64,000 nucleotides of DNA from Felis catus (Eukaryota). Made by a program: the position numbers and the translations under genes. Positions 62,173-64,000 of this stretch are shown in pieces (position 1 is the first letter of the stretch; every line of letters begins with the position of its first letter). Under the pieces are notes generated by a model. It ran no database searches. It saw nothing but the letters and a program-made list of their open reading frames with translations, and had not been told where the DNA came from. Location of the stretch: contig NC_058369.1 in assembly GCF_018350175.1 (NCBI RefSeq), forward strand, positions 21,578,001 to 21,642,000, given 5' to 3'.

Positions 62173-63849
62173 ATAAAATCATTTGCTATCAGGAAAAAGT
62201 GCATGCAGACATCTGACTCTGGTCTACTTCCCTGCTTCAGCCTTGGAGCACACTGGCACACTTGCTCTCCGGCTCACCACGCCAGCCCCTGAGAAATGCT
62301 GCACGGGGACTTTTCCTTGGCTCCCATGATGGCCCCAGAACAACAGGTCAGGGATTAGAACCTTCTGGAGATGGAGAAGAGGTCAAGTTAACCCCCAGGA
62401 TCTTACCAAGAGACAAAGGCGGGGGTGGAGTTAGAATGTGATTCTCAGGCTCTCTGGTTCTGTTGGTCATCTGGATCAGCAGCCGGTCCCAGGGCCAAAA
62501 CATCTCCCAGGCTGCGAAGGCAACGGGAACCCTGGCAGAGGTTGGAGGAATGGCCCACAGAGGCTGATGGGAATGGGGGGCCTGGGGGAGTGGGCTGTGT
62601 GAGTCACAACCAGGCAAACCCAAGTCACAGTTCTTTAAGGAGGAGCAAGAGGAACAAGAGGAGCAAAAGGAAGGCCTGATGGACCCCTGCCACTCAGATA
62701 TGACCCAGATACCGAATGTCAACAGCCTTACTCCTCCCCCAAGGATCAGACACATCTGGTGCCTCTGTGCTGTCTACAAGTCCTAACTGTGGCCAGAACA
62801 CCCGTCCCTTCTTAGGAAACCCACCTTAACAGTAGTACTCAAGACAGCACCCGATGGGTACCCCCAACAATTGGCCTTTCTCTTTCTCCCGGGCTGCTTC
62901 TGGAAGGAGAAAGCCAGCTGATCTGCACCTGGCACCCTCCTCCCAGTCCAGCCAGGGAATCACAAGGAACAAACATGGAGTTTACAGAGGTTAAATCAGA
63001 TGGGCTGATTGCAGAGATAGTGCTTGTTTTTTGTGGTCTTTTTTTAGGGTGAGGAGGAAGAATTCAACAGGTTTTAGATCAGCCATGATGAGTGGGTTCA
63101 AGGTGAGGGCACTGGCAAACTGGTGAGTGAGGCCGTGTAGGGGTGCCACGGCCTGGGCCTAAAGCTGAGGCTGTGGGAGCCAGAGCCACGGCCGCCCACC
63201 CACATGGCAGGACCAACTCAGGCCTTTCCGTCTTCTCTTCGGGAGCTGCTGACAGCGGCTGGCCCTCCTGGGACAAAGCCACGTTCTCCTCTATCGCCAA
63301 GGGCCCTTTTTCTTTCTGCTTTAATCAAAGGCTGCAGGGAAATCTAAACAACAAGCTGAGGCAATTTCTGAAACGGCTGAAAATCATTTAACAGGCTTCT
63401 GAAGCATCCCCTCTTGTTCTGGGGAGCCGCTCAGGCTGGGCTTCCCCGGAAGCTGTGGCTTTGCCTCTCTGGGCCTGGCTACCAGAGTTCACCGAGATTC
63501 AGGGGCCCTAGGGCCTGGTTCTGCGCAGTCTCCCTGACCCATATCTCACCCTTGTAAGCCCCTCCAGGCAAGCTGGGCTGAGAAGGGGCTTTCATTTCCT
63601 CTTCAGTTGTAGCCTTGCCTTCAAGGAAAGGAGAAAGAAAGGTTTCTATTTAAGGAAGAAAGGACTCAACCACAGGCACATAGCTTCTGTGGACTGGGGT
63701 TCAATGGGGAAGAGGAAGCAGGTAGGGGTGAAACAAATGCTCCCAGGGCCACAGTTCCTCACTAACGCTGTTTGGCAGACTTATTCCACTCACAGGGCAA
63801 ACACTAGGCTGGTGCTGGGCACCCTCTGCAGCCTCGCCTTTATTTCTTG

Positions 63850-63945
63850 CCACACCCTATGAGGCAAGTGGTCTTATGCCCATTTTTAGACGAGTAAACG
63901 GAGACTCAAAGGGAAACTGCCTTGCTCAAGGTCACACAGTTTGAA
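63850..63945. mobile_element. MIR
   Basis: cccatttttagacgagtaaacggagactca...ttgctcaaggtcacacag. Confidence 0.7.
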
Positions 63946-64000
63946 GGGTCTGCCTCCAGGCCCCTCTCTGGGACCCCCACCAAAAACCACCTTCCTCATT

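Noticed and set aside
1387..62261. Dozens of 60-190 aa ORFs with recurring peptides (AQSVK.PTSAQVMIS, GAPGW, EPGACFRFCVSLS)
   Set aside because: They are translations of Can-SINE copies in different frames, not a gene family
50115..63391. Many 60-213 aa ORFs in the GC-rich right part
   Set aside because: No homology I can recognise, no consistent exon structure, present equally on both strands; some include microsatellite translations

Overview
Mammalian genomic DNA from a carnivoran, very likely a felid: it is saturated with tRNA-derived Can-SINEs, including a young cat-type SINEC_Fc-like subfamily. No protein-coding exon of a known gene, no RNA gene and nothing prokaryotic or CRISPR-like can be supported. 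A CpG island at about 38.2-40.4 kb carries NRF1, E-box and YY1 motifs and two minus-strand splice donors. It looks like the promoter and non-coding first exon(s) of a housekeeping-type gene transcribed leftwards through a long, AT-rich, SINE/L1/L2-rich 5' intron. A candidate 125-nt second exon lies at 9436-9560. The architecture is reminiscent of STRBP, but that is unverified recollection. Right of the island is intergenic DNA that becomes GC-rich, with L1, L2, MIR and SINE remnants and a strong CTCF motif. Almost all entries in the ORF track are artefacts of SINEs, L1 or high GC. The best leads are a compact divergent plus-strand ORF unit, a basic uORF in exon 1, and a SINE inserted next to the 3' splice site of the candidate exon 2. 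Repeat boundaries are approximate and were read by eye.
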